In this document: piece after piece, positions 1 to 11,533 of the stretch | Numbering within the stretch: position 1 is the first letter of the stretch | Layout: every line of letters starts with the position of its first letter | Assembly (NCBI RefSeq): GCF_006345805.1 | Contig: NC_043014.1 | Coordinates: 29,760,001-29,824,000 of the forward strand | DNA length: 64,000 nt | Direction: 5' to 3' | From: Octopus sinensis | Taxonomy: Eukaryota | Notes under the pieces: generated by a model | What the model was told of the DNA's origin: nothing | Seen by the model: only the letters and a program-made list of their open reading frames with translations | Database searches by the model: none | Program-made: the position numbers and the translations under genes

Positions 1-104
1 GTTGAAGCCAATATACTTGCACAAAATGTGCTGTAATTCTTAAGGAAAGGCGTAATCTTTAAAACCCATGTTTAATTGTAGAAGTTGATAAGGAATTATT
101 TATA

Positions 105-477
105 GGCACAGGAGTGGCTGTGTGGTAAGTAGCTTGTTTACCAACCACATGGTTCCGGGTTCAGTCCCACTGCGTCGCACCTTGGGCAAGTGTCTTCTAC
201 CATAGCCTCGGGCCGACCAAAGCCTTGTAAGGGGATTTGGTAGACGGAAACTGAAAGAAGCCCGTCATATATATGTATATATATATATGTGTGTTTGTCC
301 ACTAGCATTGCTTGACAACCGATGCTGGTGTGTTTATGTCCCCGTCACTTAGCGGTTCAGCAAAAGAGACCGATAGAATAAGTACTGGGCTTACAAAGAA
401 TAAGTCCCGGGGTCGAGTTGCTCGATTAAAAGCGGTGCTCCAGCATGGCCACTGAAACAAGTAAAAGAGAAAGAGAA
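105..477 (+). mobile_element. tRNA-derived OR-type (CORE-like) SINE, full length
   Basis: A-box-like TGGCTGTGTGG, B-box-like GGGTTCAGTCCC, CORE-like CCTTGGGCAAGT, internal (TA)/(TG) tract, 3' tail GCGGTGCTCCAGCATGGCC..CTGAAACAAGTAAAAGA. An inverse copy lies at 26145-26508. Confidence 0.8.
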
Positions 478-2469
478 ATGCCTCTGTGTTACATTTGTCC
501 TTTCGGGATACATTTTCATATATTTTTAATATAATTTAAATACAAAGGTCTAGGGTAATATTCTTAATAAATTTATGCATTTATGTAAGATATTTCTTTC
601 AAGATATTCATTGTGCATTATTGATTGTTTTTCATCTGTTATATGTAACACACTCTGGAAAGGCATTAAGACCATAAAAATTTGAAATGTGACATAATAA
701 TTAGATTTAATTAATATTTTCCTTGTAAATATGATGATTTAGGCAATGAAACTAATCAAATGAAGATTTTATACAATTTGGATCCTACGGAATACTTGCT
801 TAAATGGAGGTTGAATATTTATATATTTGTTTGGAGAGAGTGGGGTGCAGTGAACCCATGCATACATAGTATACAAGTAAACACACACACACACACACAT
901 ATATATATTATGGGTGAAGTAAGGAAGTGAAAATCAATACATTGTTTAAAAGTTTGTACATGTCTCAGTTGTTAGTTTAGTTTCTTAGAGATTTTAACCT
1001 CCCACACACCTTCCAATCTCTTATCCTACTGCTGGGTGATACTACTCAACTGTATTGTAAGAAACATCTGCTTTAAGTTGGGTAGCGTTTCTTCTTTAAT
1101 CAAGGATAAAATTGAATCTAAAAACAATAATCCTAAATGCAGTGCCATAATTGTTAGAAGTTTTATCCTGGTAGCTATTGTTATTTCTTCACAATCAAAG
1201 CTTTTATATTATATTGAAAAGAGAACACTGCTGTGATTTGTACAATGACAAAGTGATTTTTATGGAAATTGAGCTTGATGGCTTGATTAACACCACTGAA
1301 AAATGATGTTTGTCATAGAATTTTGAGGTATGTTCTAGTTACTTACAGTGTTTTAACAACCAATAATTGCTTAATATAGAAATTTAATTAATTCCAGCTG
1401 AAGATTTTTTATCACTAGACAGCTTCAAAAATAAATATTATGTTTTGATATCTCGGTTACATTGTAAGATTTGTTATATTTAGATATTCATTGACACATA
1501 AAATTGCAAATAATTGTGATACTACAAAATCGTTTCATCTAGTCTTAAATATTCCTTATTGGCTAATGTATTAGCCTTGCGCATTGAAACAGTTAAAGTA
1601 CAGTTTCATATTCATAAATTTTCTTAATTTTTTAGCCTCTAAGAAATGTCATTGAAGCTTCAAAATGTAGTGCTTTTTATTTTAATAATTTACCTTCATG
1701 TTTTTTATTTATGTATATTGGATGATTGTGCAGATCTTCCACATCCCATTTTGTGGGCTGACTAGACATATATTGCTGGAAACATTACAGGACTTGTCCT
1801 TTATTTAGTGACCAGAAGAGGTCTTATTTCAGATCATGGATCACAATACCCTTCTCCCTACATTGAAGTTCTGATGTGTTTCATATGTGAAACTACTAAC
1901 ACAGTTTTAAAAACAGAGTTCACAGAAACATTCATCTTTACTTCAAATACTGGTGTCTGTAATGTCTAATGTCCATTAAAATATTTACTGAGAAAGAAAA
2001 AGAAACAAAGGAACCAAATTTCATCCATTCATGTAAGGGGGTTCATAGTTTATCTTCTTTTCTTTTGTTTAAATTCTCTCTGACAATGAGTATCTGCAGT
2101 TATTGACTGGAACACTTTAATTGGAATAAACAAAAGAAAATGTTGCTGGGTTTTTGGTCATTGAAGTCCTCCCCACCTGCTTGGGTGTGGTTTCTTCTAG
2201 AAAAATTTCTATGAGAAATAGTTTTTAAGTTTTCACTCTATTTGATTTCTCATATCATTTCATCATCACTTTCACTATTGTTGCTTTTAATATATGTGAA
2301 GCACTTAAAAACTAATGATTAGTGAAAGAAATGAGGGATAGAGATAAAGGGAATGGAATTCCCCTTTCAGTGGTTTGTACCAACTAATTTACTTCATTTC
2401 AGTACTTGAAGTGAATATTTATAACGTAGTAATAGTTTACAAATTCCTTACTGCAAATAAATATCTGAA

Positions 2470-2680
2470 AGGGCTTGTCGGACTGCTTCATGGACCCAGT
2501 AGACAAAATGGAGAAGCTGTTGCCCTGGAGGAAGGCAAGGGAGATGTGCTGGAACAGCCACTATGACTCAAGGTGTTTGCACTTGCAGATAGCCATCTCT
2601 GCCTTGACAATGGTGAGCAGGGATATAGTCCAGCGGCTGAGAACACTTGTGGTCTCCACTGCCACAGGCTCAACCATTAA
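2470..2680 (-). mobile_element. C-terminal relic of a CRE-like (restriction-like endonuclease) non-LTR retrotransposon
   Basis: Minus-strand translation MVEPVAVETTSVLSRWTISLL...LES*WLFQHISLAFLQGNSFSILST resembles the conserved P.AVET...WL.QRIS.A.QRGNA.SIL tail of CRE-type elements; contains an in-frame stop. Confidence 0.55.
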
Positions 2681-4469
2681 TATGTTAGAAAGTGGCTAAT
2701 ACTTTGACTGTTTGCCCTTCTCAGCCTGACAAGTCATTTTCACTTTCTTAAATTGAAAAATCCCACTATATGGTTTCGCTTGATGCATTTTTCATTTGGT
2801 GCTACTGCTTCTTTCTTAAAAATGCTTCAAATTTAGTCACTACTACTGAATCTGAAGCTAGTATCAGAACACAAATTTACTTTGTAACAAACATTGGATG
2901 GTTAACGTATGAGATGTGTTTACCATATGAAAGCATGTGTTATCACTAACATAAGATCTACATTGATGTTTTGATTTAAATACAGGTAGTTTCAAATGAT
3001 TTGAGACCAGGACTGGTCTCAGAAGCCAGTTATGAAAGTTTTAAATATTGTAAATATATCCAGTGAAGGCTTTATGACCAAAAAAAAGGATATATCAGAT
3101 ATTTATCCTTTTCATTACTATATTTCTAACAAAAATACAACTCCTATTCTCAATGAAATTCTCAAATAACCAAGATCAAAACTAAATTGTTTTATGTTTA
3201 TTGAGGTACAAAAATTAGTTTTGGAATACAACTTAGTGAAAGTTTCTTAAATAAATCTATTACATCTTAGAAGCAAAACTGAAATTACAGGTGAAAATAT
3301 TTAAAATCATTAAATTTAAAATTATTTAAATATTGTTTAATATCACCACAACCAATATTCAGCTGGAGTAAATATCAAAATAATTGTGAAGTAGAAGAAT
3401 TGTGCACATTATTGGACTTTCATTTGAACTTTAGTACATATAAAACAAGTGTTCCGTAAAGGTAAAATAGTGGATGTTATGTTCGGAGAGGGGACACACA
3501 ACTACAGAAATTAAATAAATTCACAGATATATAAACAAATGATTCATTGTGATAATAAATCTAAATTCATCACTTAATCTTACCTGTAAATTAATGATAA
3601 TAATAAAAACAAAACGAGATAGATTTGAAAATTAAGTATTTCATAAATTTAAATAATTACTAACAGTATCTTGAAATTCCACAGCTCACTTTTGTGGCAT
3701 AGTTTCAGCCATAAACACTTGCCCTGTTGGTTAATAATAGCCTGTCATTTCCTTCACAATGCTTTAATGAATTTTTTGCTGCTTAAAAGTACTGTATTTA
3801 TTTAGTAAATACATCTCCTTTAGTTTGATAATAATTGAAATAAGATTTGAGCTGCAATATTTCTATGCTTTATTGACAGGAAAAAGGGTTCTGTTTGACA
3901 CTGCCTCTTTAATACTTCTGTATGCATTTTGGGCTAAAATATGTAAATGACAAATAATTTACTCAATAAGTTATGTGCATATACAGTATGTATAATACAA
4001 AAATACTGTAATACAGTATAAGTTGAAGCATTTAGAAGAATGATTATAAATAAATAAAAAAAACTGTGCATTAGGACACATTTCATTCATACTTATATAC
4101 CAAAATTGCAGAAATTTTCACAAGCTCGTCATTTAGAAATGGAGAGAATCTCTTAGATTTCTTATAAAGTAATGCAATCCAATATTGGTGCTTGAATTGT
4201 TGATGGCAGATGGAATCAAAATAATAAATTAAATTACTCTATAAAGAGAATATACAAAGTCTTTTCAAATAAGCAAAATATATATTAGTATTTAAGAAAA
4301 AAAGTCCAAGTAATGATATTTACATATTAAAATATATCAAATATGACAGTTACAGCTTTAAAAAAAATTATCTGGGTATTGCAAATAGAAGTATATAAAT
4401 GATGAAACACTGGAGCTTTAATATGTATGTATAATGAATGAATGTGGTTATGACCATATACTCTAAGCA

Positions 4470-4880
4470 CAGTTTGGATAAGACCCCACATGCTAGTCTC
4501 TTCAATTGCACTGACTTGCCTGCACTCTTATATGTGACATATAAGCCAGTAAGAAGGAAGACTAATGGTTGGTCATGATGCAGAGGGCCATGGAAAGCTA
4601 CATGTCAGGAATATCATTGCTAGAGCATATCTGAAACGATATAATGCAGAATGGAGTGGAGTGAACAATGTGATTATGAAATAATAAAAGTATATGTTCT
4701 GCTGCATTACACATGCTGCAAGGTTCACAGACCACAGTGGACTCCTGCAGTTGTTGAGTAGAATCCATTAGATCAGAAGAGACCACTTAAAAAACCTCCA
4801 AAATGTTGGGACAATGACATAGTCAATAGATTTGGGCCCAAGCTAAAGAGAAGAATGAAAGTACATTGTAACCAGTGGTG
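4470..4880 (+). mobile_element. Degenerate RTE-clade LINE, C-terminal part of ORF
   Basis: Frameshifted translation resembles the RTE post-RT region: QRAMESYMSGISLLEHI..., then H..R..D..W....PLDQKRP.K.PP..WD.DI-like motifs. Confidence 0.55.
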
Positions 4881-4929
4881 TATAGAGATAAAAGACACAG
4901 TGGTTTCACACAACCTCTCACTTCTTAAA

Positions 4930-5060
4930 TCCCCCTCTCTCTCTTTCTTTCTCTCTCTCTTTCTTTCTCTCTCTTTCTTTCTCTCTCTCTCTCTTTCTTT
5001 CTCTCTCTCTTTCTTTCTCTCTCTCTTTCTTTCTCTCTCTCTTCTCTTCTCCTCTCTCTA
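4930..5060. repeat. (CT)n/(CTTT)n microsatellite
   Basis: Direct inspection; it explains ORFs 4855-5127 and 4925-5170. Confidence 0.95.
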
Positions 5061-6070
5061 CTATTCATCATTATATAATGAGTGTCGCAACCACCATCTC
5101 TGCCACCACCACTATCATAACAATTAATGACCTTATCTCTGCTTCTACTACTACCATAACATGCAGTCATTTCTTTCTTGCTATTTCATTTACTCCCTTT
5201 AACGTTACATACATCTTACAAAAGTAGAAACATGAATATTGATATACAGTATAATGATTTCTGTCATTTATAAAACATCATTTAGCATACTTTGCAAAAT
5301 GATCATGGAAAGCTCTTTCAATTGAGTATTCACTGAAAGCTCTCCTTTTTTGATATTGACATTCTTGGAATCATTTTTTGTGGCCATCATTTCATCATAA
5401 AAATGCATACACATTTTACACATATGTATTTTTAGGACTTAGCTGAATTCAGAAAGATATCCGTCTGGCATGCCCTTGCCCTGACCATGACATTTTCTTT
5501 TTTATGAATAACATGTTCACTTCAACATTGCTATGTCTACACAACTACTGATGACTGCATTGCTTTTGAGCCCCTCATGATTTGGTAAATAGTACAAAAG
5601 TATTTTCAATACTAAGGAGCAAAGTAGCTAGTTCTAAAATCTCTAAACAAGATATAAGTAGCAACAATACTAGATGGTAATATTTTTTGCCACTATTATA
5701 TGGCTGTTCTGTACAGAACCGTTACTACATTTTAACCCTAGGAAAACGTCTTTTTCAGCTGGTTAACGATACACAACCTGTATCTGATATATTGTAAGGG
5801 AGTAAATCACTCCCCTCTGGCTTGGCAAGACCAGTAGGTTTTTGGGTCTTTACCCCATCATCTGTACTGGATACCTGCCTGCTGGAGATGGCAGTCAATC
5901 GTCCCCACTCACAATATATAAACACAGAAGCAAACTAGCTAGTTCAAAAATCTCTAGACGAGATATAAGTAGTAATAATACTGGATGATAACATTTTTCG
6001 CCTCTACTCTTATTTACTATATGCCATAAAAAGCTATCAGCCACCATTTATTATCTGGTCTACCTACTGA

Positions 6071-6327
6071 GCAAGTGTAAGTTCATGCCGTAAACAAATG
6101 GTGAAACTGTGAATGGCTCAGGAACTGGATGTAATCCTTGGGACTGTATTCTTCACTGCGAGGGGAGTGGATAACTGTGGCAATTCTAGAGCTAATACAT
6201 GCAACCGAAGCCGCGATCACAGGTCGCAACCGGGCGTCAGGCTGAAAAACAGTGTTCGGCAGCCACCATGGTCTCGTGTTGCAGCCAGCGCCTACTCGGC
6301 CAGTCCAGGGCAGCGCACCCACATGGT
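6071..6327 (+). pseudogene. 18S: Isolated 5' fragment of 18S rRNA gene (dispersed rDNA pseudogene)
   Basis: GTGAAACTGTGAATGGCTCA (6101-6120) and TGGATAACTGTGGCAATTCTAGAGCTAATACATGC (6168-6202) match universal eukaryotic SSU rRNA motifs in the right order and spacing. It is a GC-rich island in AT-rich DNA, with CpG->TpG decay (GCGA->GTGA). The right boundary is approximate. Confidence 0.85.
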
Positions 6328-8329
6328 AAAATATGTATACAGAAATACACAAGTGCAGAAGACAGTAAACAATGAAAATAACTTGGTAACATAAATTATG
6401 TTTCTTAATACATTGGTCAGAAAGTAAATAATAAATTTTAACGGAAAATAAAGTATTGTACGTGTTGAAGTGCAATTTGTTAGTCTGTGAACCAAAGAGC
6501 CAGTTTTGAAGGAACCAGACAGAAACTGTCAACAACAGAAAAACACAAAACCATATGGATTTGAAGTGAAATTTAGGAAGATACTTCTGGCTGTAAATTA
6601 TGAAATTACTTGCATCAGTAATTGTGAAATTCTTTCTATCAGTAATTTGTTGTTTGTTTGTAAATATCAATTCAAAACTTAGACTTACAGTGAAAACAAT
6701 AACATGAAAGTTAAACAATGGCATATGAAAATCGAAAGTGAAAAGAATAGAGTCTGAAAAATGAAAACAAGAGATATAGACAGAGAGATAGAGTTGGATA
6801 GAGATACACATAAAGAGATATGTTATGTCAGTGATGCTAGAAAACCGGAAGTAAAAATATTAAAATCTTTGAAAGACATGAATGTAATATAAAAAGCAAT
6901 ATTTTTTATTTATTTTAATTTTTAATAAAAAAATCAAATGCAGACCCTGTAATATGCCTAAGGTCAAATTATTCATGCATCACAATTATGGAAGTAATTG
7001 GTGAAGCCGTTTTCACATGAAAAGTGAAATCATACACATCTCTATTTTATATATTAGATAATTTCCAGACCATAGCATAACCTAGGCTATGCTAATTTAA
7101 CTACTCATTCTTCCCTCACAAAAACTAAAGCATAGAAGTATCCAGTACTCTCAAATCTTCTGCGCTTTGATACTAGGAAACAAACAGTCTTAGTTCTTGT
7201 TAGGTAATTTTATTTAAGTGTCCTTAGTACAGTATCCGGGTGGAATCTTATTTTAATTAAGGATCATAAATGTTCTTCCTCACTTACTGGTGCACTACAA
7301 GTGCATCTTATATGGATATACTGAACAACATTATAGAAATACATTATAGTCATTAGACTGGAAACAAGGATTGTCCAAGTGTTCATCGGCACTCCTGTAA
7401 TTGGTAATTTTGGGTAGCTTCTTAATCATCATCATCGTTTAATGTCTGCCTTCTATGCAGGCATGGGTTGGATGGTTGCCAGATAATGTTTATAGTAAAA
7501 TTGTATGCAATTTTCCCCTTGAGGTATCTATAAAACTAAAAAGTATCTTTTTTTATTCTTTATTTAGTCTACATAATGATGTGTTTCCCCAGTTATTGTC
7601 TAGAACATTATTACTAAGTGGGTGGGAGAATATAAAAAGAAGACGAAAAACTGATAGCTTTCAAATCATTGGAAAGACTATTTCTAGGTCTGATCTCTTC
7701 TGAAAATTTTTGAAAGAGATGCTTAAAAAAGTTTCATTTAATTCTGTTTTTGTATAAAATCATTATCATTATTTTTATTACTGTAGGAATCACATTCAGA
7801 AATGATCATAACCAGTTCTATATTCAAGCATGTGGTTAAGTTTGTTGCATTTTTCTTGTGTTTCTGTCACATCTTTTGAAAAGTCTTCAAATTCAGAGTC
7901 ATTATTAATCAATGTGAAGCTGGTTTTCAGCTTTTCCTAATGTAGAACATTATAGAAGACTGTGTGGAAAAAATATCCAAGGACTTTGGAGAATCCAAAG
8001 TCCATTTAAAAAAGACTGTCTAATGAAGTCATGTTATACTAGTAGAATAACAAGTTTGTGTTCTTTTTCGCATTTAAATATGATTAGGTTGTTTTGGATT
8101 GCTTGGTGTTATAAGCCACAAAAAGTTTTGGGTGAGTTTATTACAGAAGGGCTATAGTTATTAAAATATTAAATTAGTAAAAAGATATTTTAATTAACGT
8201 TTTTATGTCTTTCCAAATCAAATCTGTATTTCATTTGTAAAGGTTACCATGTGTGTGTGCATTCATGCATGCACAGACACATGTATGCATGTGTAAGTAT
8301 TCAACAACAAAATCAAACAAAAGTTAACC

Positions 8330-8870
8330 ATGACAGACTTCTCCATCTTCCCCTCATTTCCTCACCATCATCTTCAGTTGTCTTTTTGGGTTTTCTTTTC
8401 TTTGCTTCCTTCTGCATTTATTTCCATCACTCTTCTCGTCCAGTCATTTTCATTCTTCCTCAGCACCTAACCCAGCCATTTTATCACATTCTCTTCAAAA
8501 CCTTCATCATTGGCTTTATTCGCATCGTCCTCTGAAATTCTTTGTTTTCTTCTCTCTTGGTTATATTCCTGCTCATCCATAAAATCATTCTCACTTCTGT
8601 TCTTTCTATCTGAATCATAATACTCCTCCTACATGCAGCATACACTGTTCCATCAATTTCAGCAATACCTCTCTTCATTAGCATGTCACTCAATTCCTGG
8701 AACTTTTTCCATACACACTCCAGCTACTGTTGTTTGATCCATTCCATCTTCTAGCTAACAAAATGTTTTCACATCTATCTTCATGCCATTTCCAAGATTG
8801 GGCTCAATGCTCTCTCTATTTGCTGTTCCCTTGATGCATACCTTTCAGTTAGAGTTAGCTAACAACCCTC
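8330..8870 (-). mobile_element. Degenerate RTE-clade LINE 3' fragment
   Basis: ORF 8484-8693 (IERTEVRMILWMSRNITKREENKEFQRTMRIKPMMKVL) resembles the RTE EMRMLRWM..T.....RNE.IR motif. Confidence 0.5.
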
Positions 8871-9239
8871 TGACACCCTTAGGGGAATAATATTTTTGTC
8901 TAATGAATTTAATCAACTGATGATGAAAGTGAATAATTCAATAGGAGCATAGATTACCAATATGTAAAAGTAACAAAATTCGATATAAAGAAAATGAGTT
9001 TTAATTATTTTAATACTGCCTTACAAATCCAGACTGGTGGTGGTGGTTGTTGTTGATGGTGATGAAATACTTGCTATCCCTTTCTCTCTCTCCTTCTTAA
9101 AAAAGTACAGCTTCAGCTTTATGAAATTTATTTATTCTAGATAAGTACAAGAAAGTGTTACTAAAATTTTGCTGCTGCTATTCCTGCTCTGTGTTTTCTA
9201 TATTGAATGGATATTGCTATTGAGTAAAGACTTAGAACT

Positions 9240-10075
9240 AGAAAGACTCTGAGACAAAAACCAGCATGGAAAAGGAAGATATGGAAGCTTAAAGATCCAT
9301 TAAACAGTCAGAAACTCAGAGACGTACTATTTGAAGCACTTGATGAAGAGGAGGAAGAAATAGTGATGTAAAGCATAAATGACAACTGGAAGTTCTTACA
9401 GGACAACATACTGAGGCCTACAGACAAAATTTGTTGCTGGTGCAAGGTTTCCAGCAACATGGGTGGGGAACAGTTAGGTAGGCAGCTGTAAAAGTGAAGA
9501 GATAGGCTTGTAAAGATTGGAGCAGCAAAGAATTATACAAGATTATTTATGAGATAATTATGACTAGGCAATAGTTTTATTTATCAAAGGGAGACATAGA
9601 AGGCAAGATGTTTGCCAGTGTTCTACTGTATTAGCACCAAAAGCATGTGTTCTGGATTACCAGGTAGTATATCAGAAAAAAATTGAGATGTAGAAGTTTC
9701 AAAAGATGAATTATTGCACACAGAACCAACAAAGGGTTGATACCTGCAATTAACATGTAGAAAGGCAGGAATAGCTCTTGAACCATCAGAAATTGCTGCT
9801 AACATGCTTAAAATGTCTGGCAGTGTAAGATACAGCCTAGTACCCATATAGTTAATCAGGTTATACAGCAAAGTGCCGTACCCGATTATGAAAGTAACTG
9901 AAAGAGTAATAGCTTGATAAATTAGATATAGTTAGCCTAGACGAGATGTGGTTTGGTTTTGTGTCAGGGACATGTGCTACAGACGCTCTGTTCCTTAGTG
10001 AAACAGTTACAGGAGAAGTATTTAGCTGAGAGTAAACTGCTGTAGTTAGCATTTGTTAACTTGGACATAAAATAT
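9240..10075 (+). mobile_element. Degenerate RTE LINE (linker and RT N-terminus)
   Basis: Translated pieces WKLKDPLNSQKLRDVLFEALDEE, DNWKFLQDNIL, and SLDEMWFGFVSGTCATDALFLVKQLQEKYLAESK..LAFVNL match RTE RT domains 1-3; many stops and indels. Confidence 0.8.
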
Positions 10076-10136
10076 AATTTGATTAAGGGTTTACTAATAA
10101 ACTAGTTACGAAGTTAAATAATTCAAAGATCATACG

Positions 10137-10169
10137 ATGGATTATGATACTTTAACAAGTTTACAGAAG
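10137..10169 (+). CDS. Candidate short coding exon (MDYDTLTSLQK), host gene unidentified
   Basis: Ends in a consensus donor AAG|GTAAGT. The upstream acceptor is weak and no homology was recognised. Confidence 0.2.
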
Positions 10170-10388
10170 GTAAGTATAGTTATTTTAGGACAAATTCCAT
10201 ATGACATAAACAGATATGTTCAAATGGCGGTTAAGATGGAGATGATGATATATATGATGCACATTAGTCTGCTGACATATACAACATTTTAGTTGTATGG
10301 TTTATAGATAACAATATATGGTTTATAGATAACAGGAATGTTGTTAGATTTCTTTTGGAATTTGATTCTTTTATGATCCCTTCTTCAG

Positions 10389-10433
10389 AATGAGTTGAAT
10401 AAGACTCTGAAAGCTATTTTTGCTTATGGAGTG
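10389..10433 (+). CDS. Candidate 45-nt phase-0 exon (NELNKTLKAIFAYGV), host gene unidentified
   Basis: Polypyrimidine acceptor TTCTTTTATGATCCCTTCTTCAG| and donor GTG|GTCAGT; open frame compatible with the 10137-10169 candidate. Confidence 0.25.
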
Positions 10434-11533
10434 GTCAGTTGATATTGTCAACAAAAATTTGGAGTTCTTTATTAGTTCGTCAGTTCTCTACATACAATAA
10501 AATTGTCAAATGTATTTTTTTTATTGTTTTTCTTTTTGTGAATAAAAATATTGTCTAAGTATATTTTTTAATAAGTTTGAGGGTAAGCATTTGTATCTTT
10601 AGAGTTTTAGCATTAGCTTCAGTGGGAAATTATCTTTAAACTCTGGGGAATGGAATTCAAATAACTCTGATATGGATTATGGCGCATGGAAAAATGAATT
10701 GAAATTTTTTCCTTTGTTGGAGAAAGAAACCTAATGACAACCATTAGTAATTCAGGAAAAAGGGGAGATAATTTCAAGAAATTATATGGTTTAACTTTTT
10801 TTTATATGTAAGTGCAAACCTCTTTTGAAACTAGTTAGAATGAAAGTAACTCCTTAATCATGTTGTTTAATAAAATAGTGTTAAATATGTTAAGTAGCCG
10901 TTTGTAGTTCAGTTTCTACAGTTTTAATTAAAGTGGTTTTGGAATTAAAATAGTAATATTTAGATGTACGGGCATTAAAAGACATGGATGCTAAATTTAT
11001 GCAATTGTAAAGCCAATTTGATATATAACCTTTTTTACTGTGAGAGTAAAAACAATTTCCTTTCTTTCTGTGAATCATCAAATTACTCAAATTCTGAAGC
11101 AGATAAGCTACAAAGATAAAATTATTTTCTTTGCCAGGCCATTAAATTTTGGCTTAGAAATAAGGTGTAGGAAGGAAAGTCTGAAAAGAAGAAAACTGAA
11201 AATAAATCATTCTAAGATTACTGGAAGCTAATAATTGTAATATAGGCACAAGGCCAGCGAAGGTGGGTTTAATCAATTACATTGGCCTGTGTACCTGACT
11301 GTGCTATTCTATCAACATCAAAAGGATGAAATGCAGAGTTTCAGTGGAATTCAAACTTAGAACATAACCAGAAGAAATACTGCAAGGCATTTTGTCTAGT
11401 GCTCTAATGATTCTAGCAATCTAAGAACCAATACTTTAGTTAACTAATTGTTGACTGCCAAAAGTTACTAATGGTGATTAAAAAATATTTTTGAATTAGT
11501 AAACCAAATTTTCCATCACAACTAAATATAATA

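Noticed and set aside
5265-5440. ~57-codon open stretch on the minus strand (MHFYDEMMATKNDSKNVNIKKGELSVNTQLKELS...)
   Set aside because: No splice signals or recognisable homology; expected by chance in AT-rich DNA.
6052-6070. TATCTGGT resembling the extreme 5' end of 18S rRNA just upstream of the fragment
   Set aside because: Only 8 nt match and the following conserved TGATCCTGCCAG is missing, so it is not included in the rRNA call.
6083-6811. 242-aa minus-strand ORF and 93-aa plus-strand ORF 6113-6394
   Set aside because: They overlap the 18S rRNA fragment and low-complexity AT-rich DNA; no recognisable domain.
7340-8040. Several AG|...|GT exon-like segments (7357-7403, 7788-7835, from 7946)
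   Set aside because: Weak or absent donors and no consistent phase or recognisable peptide.
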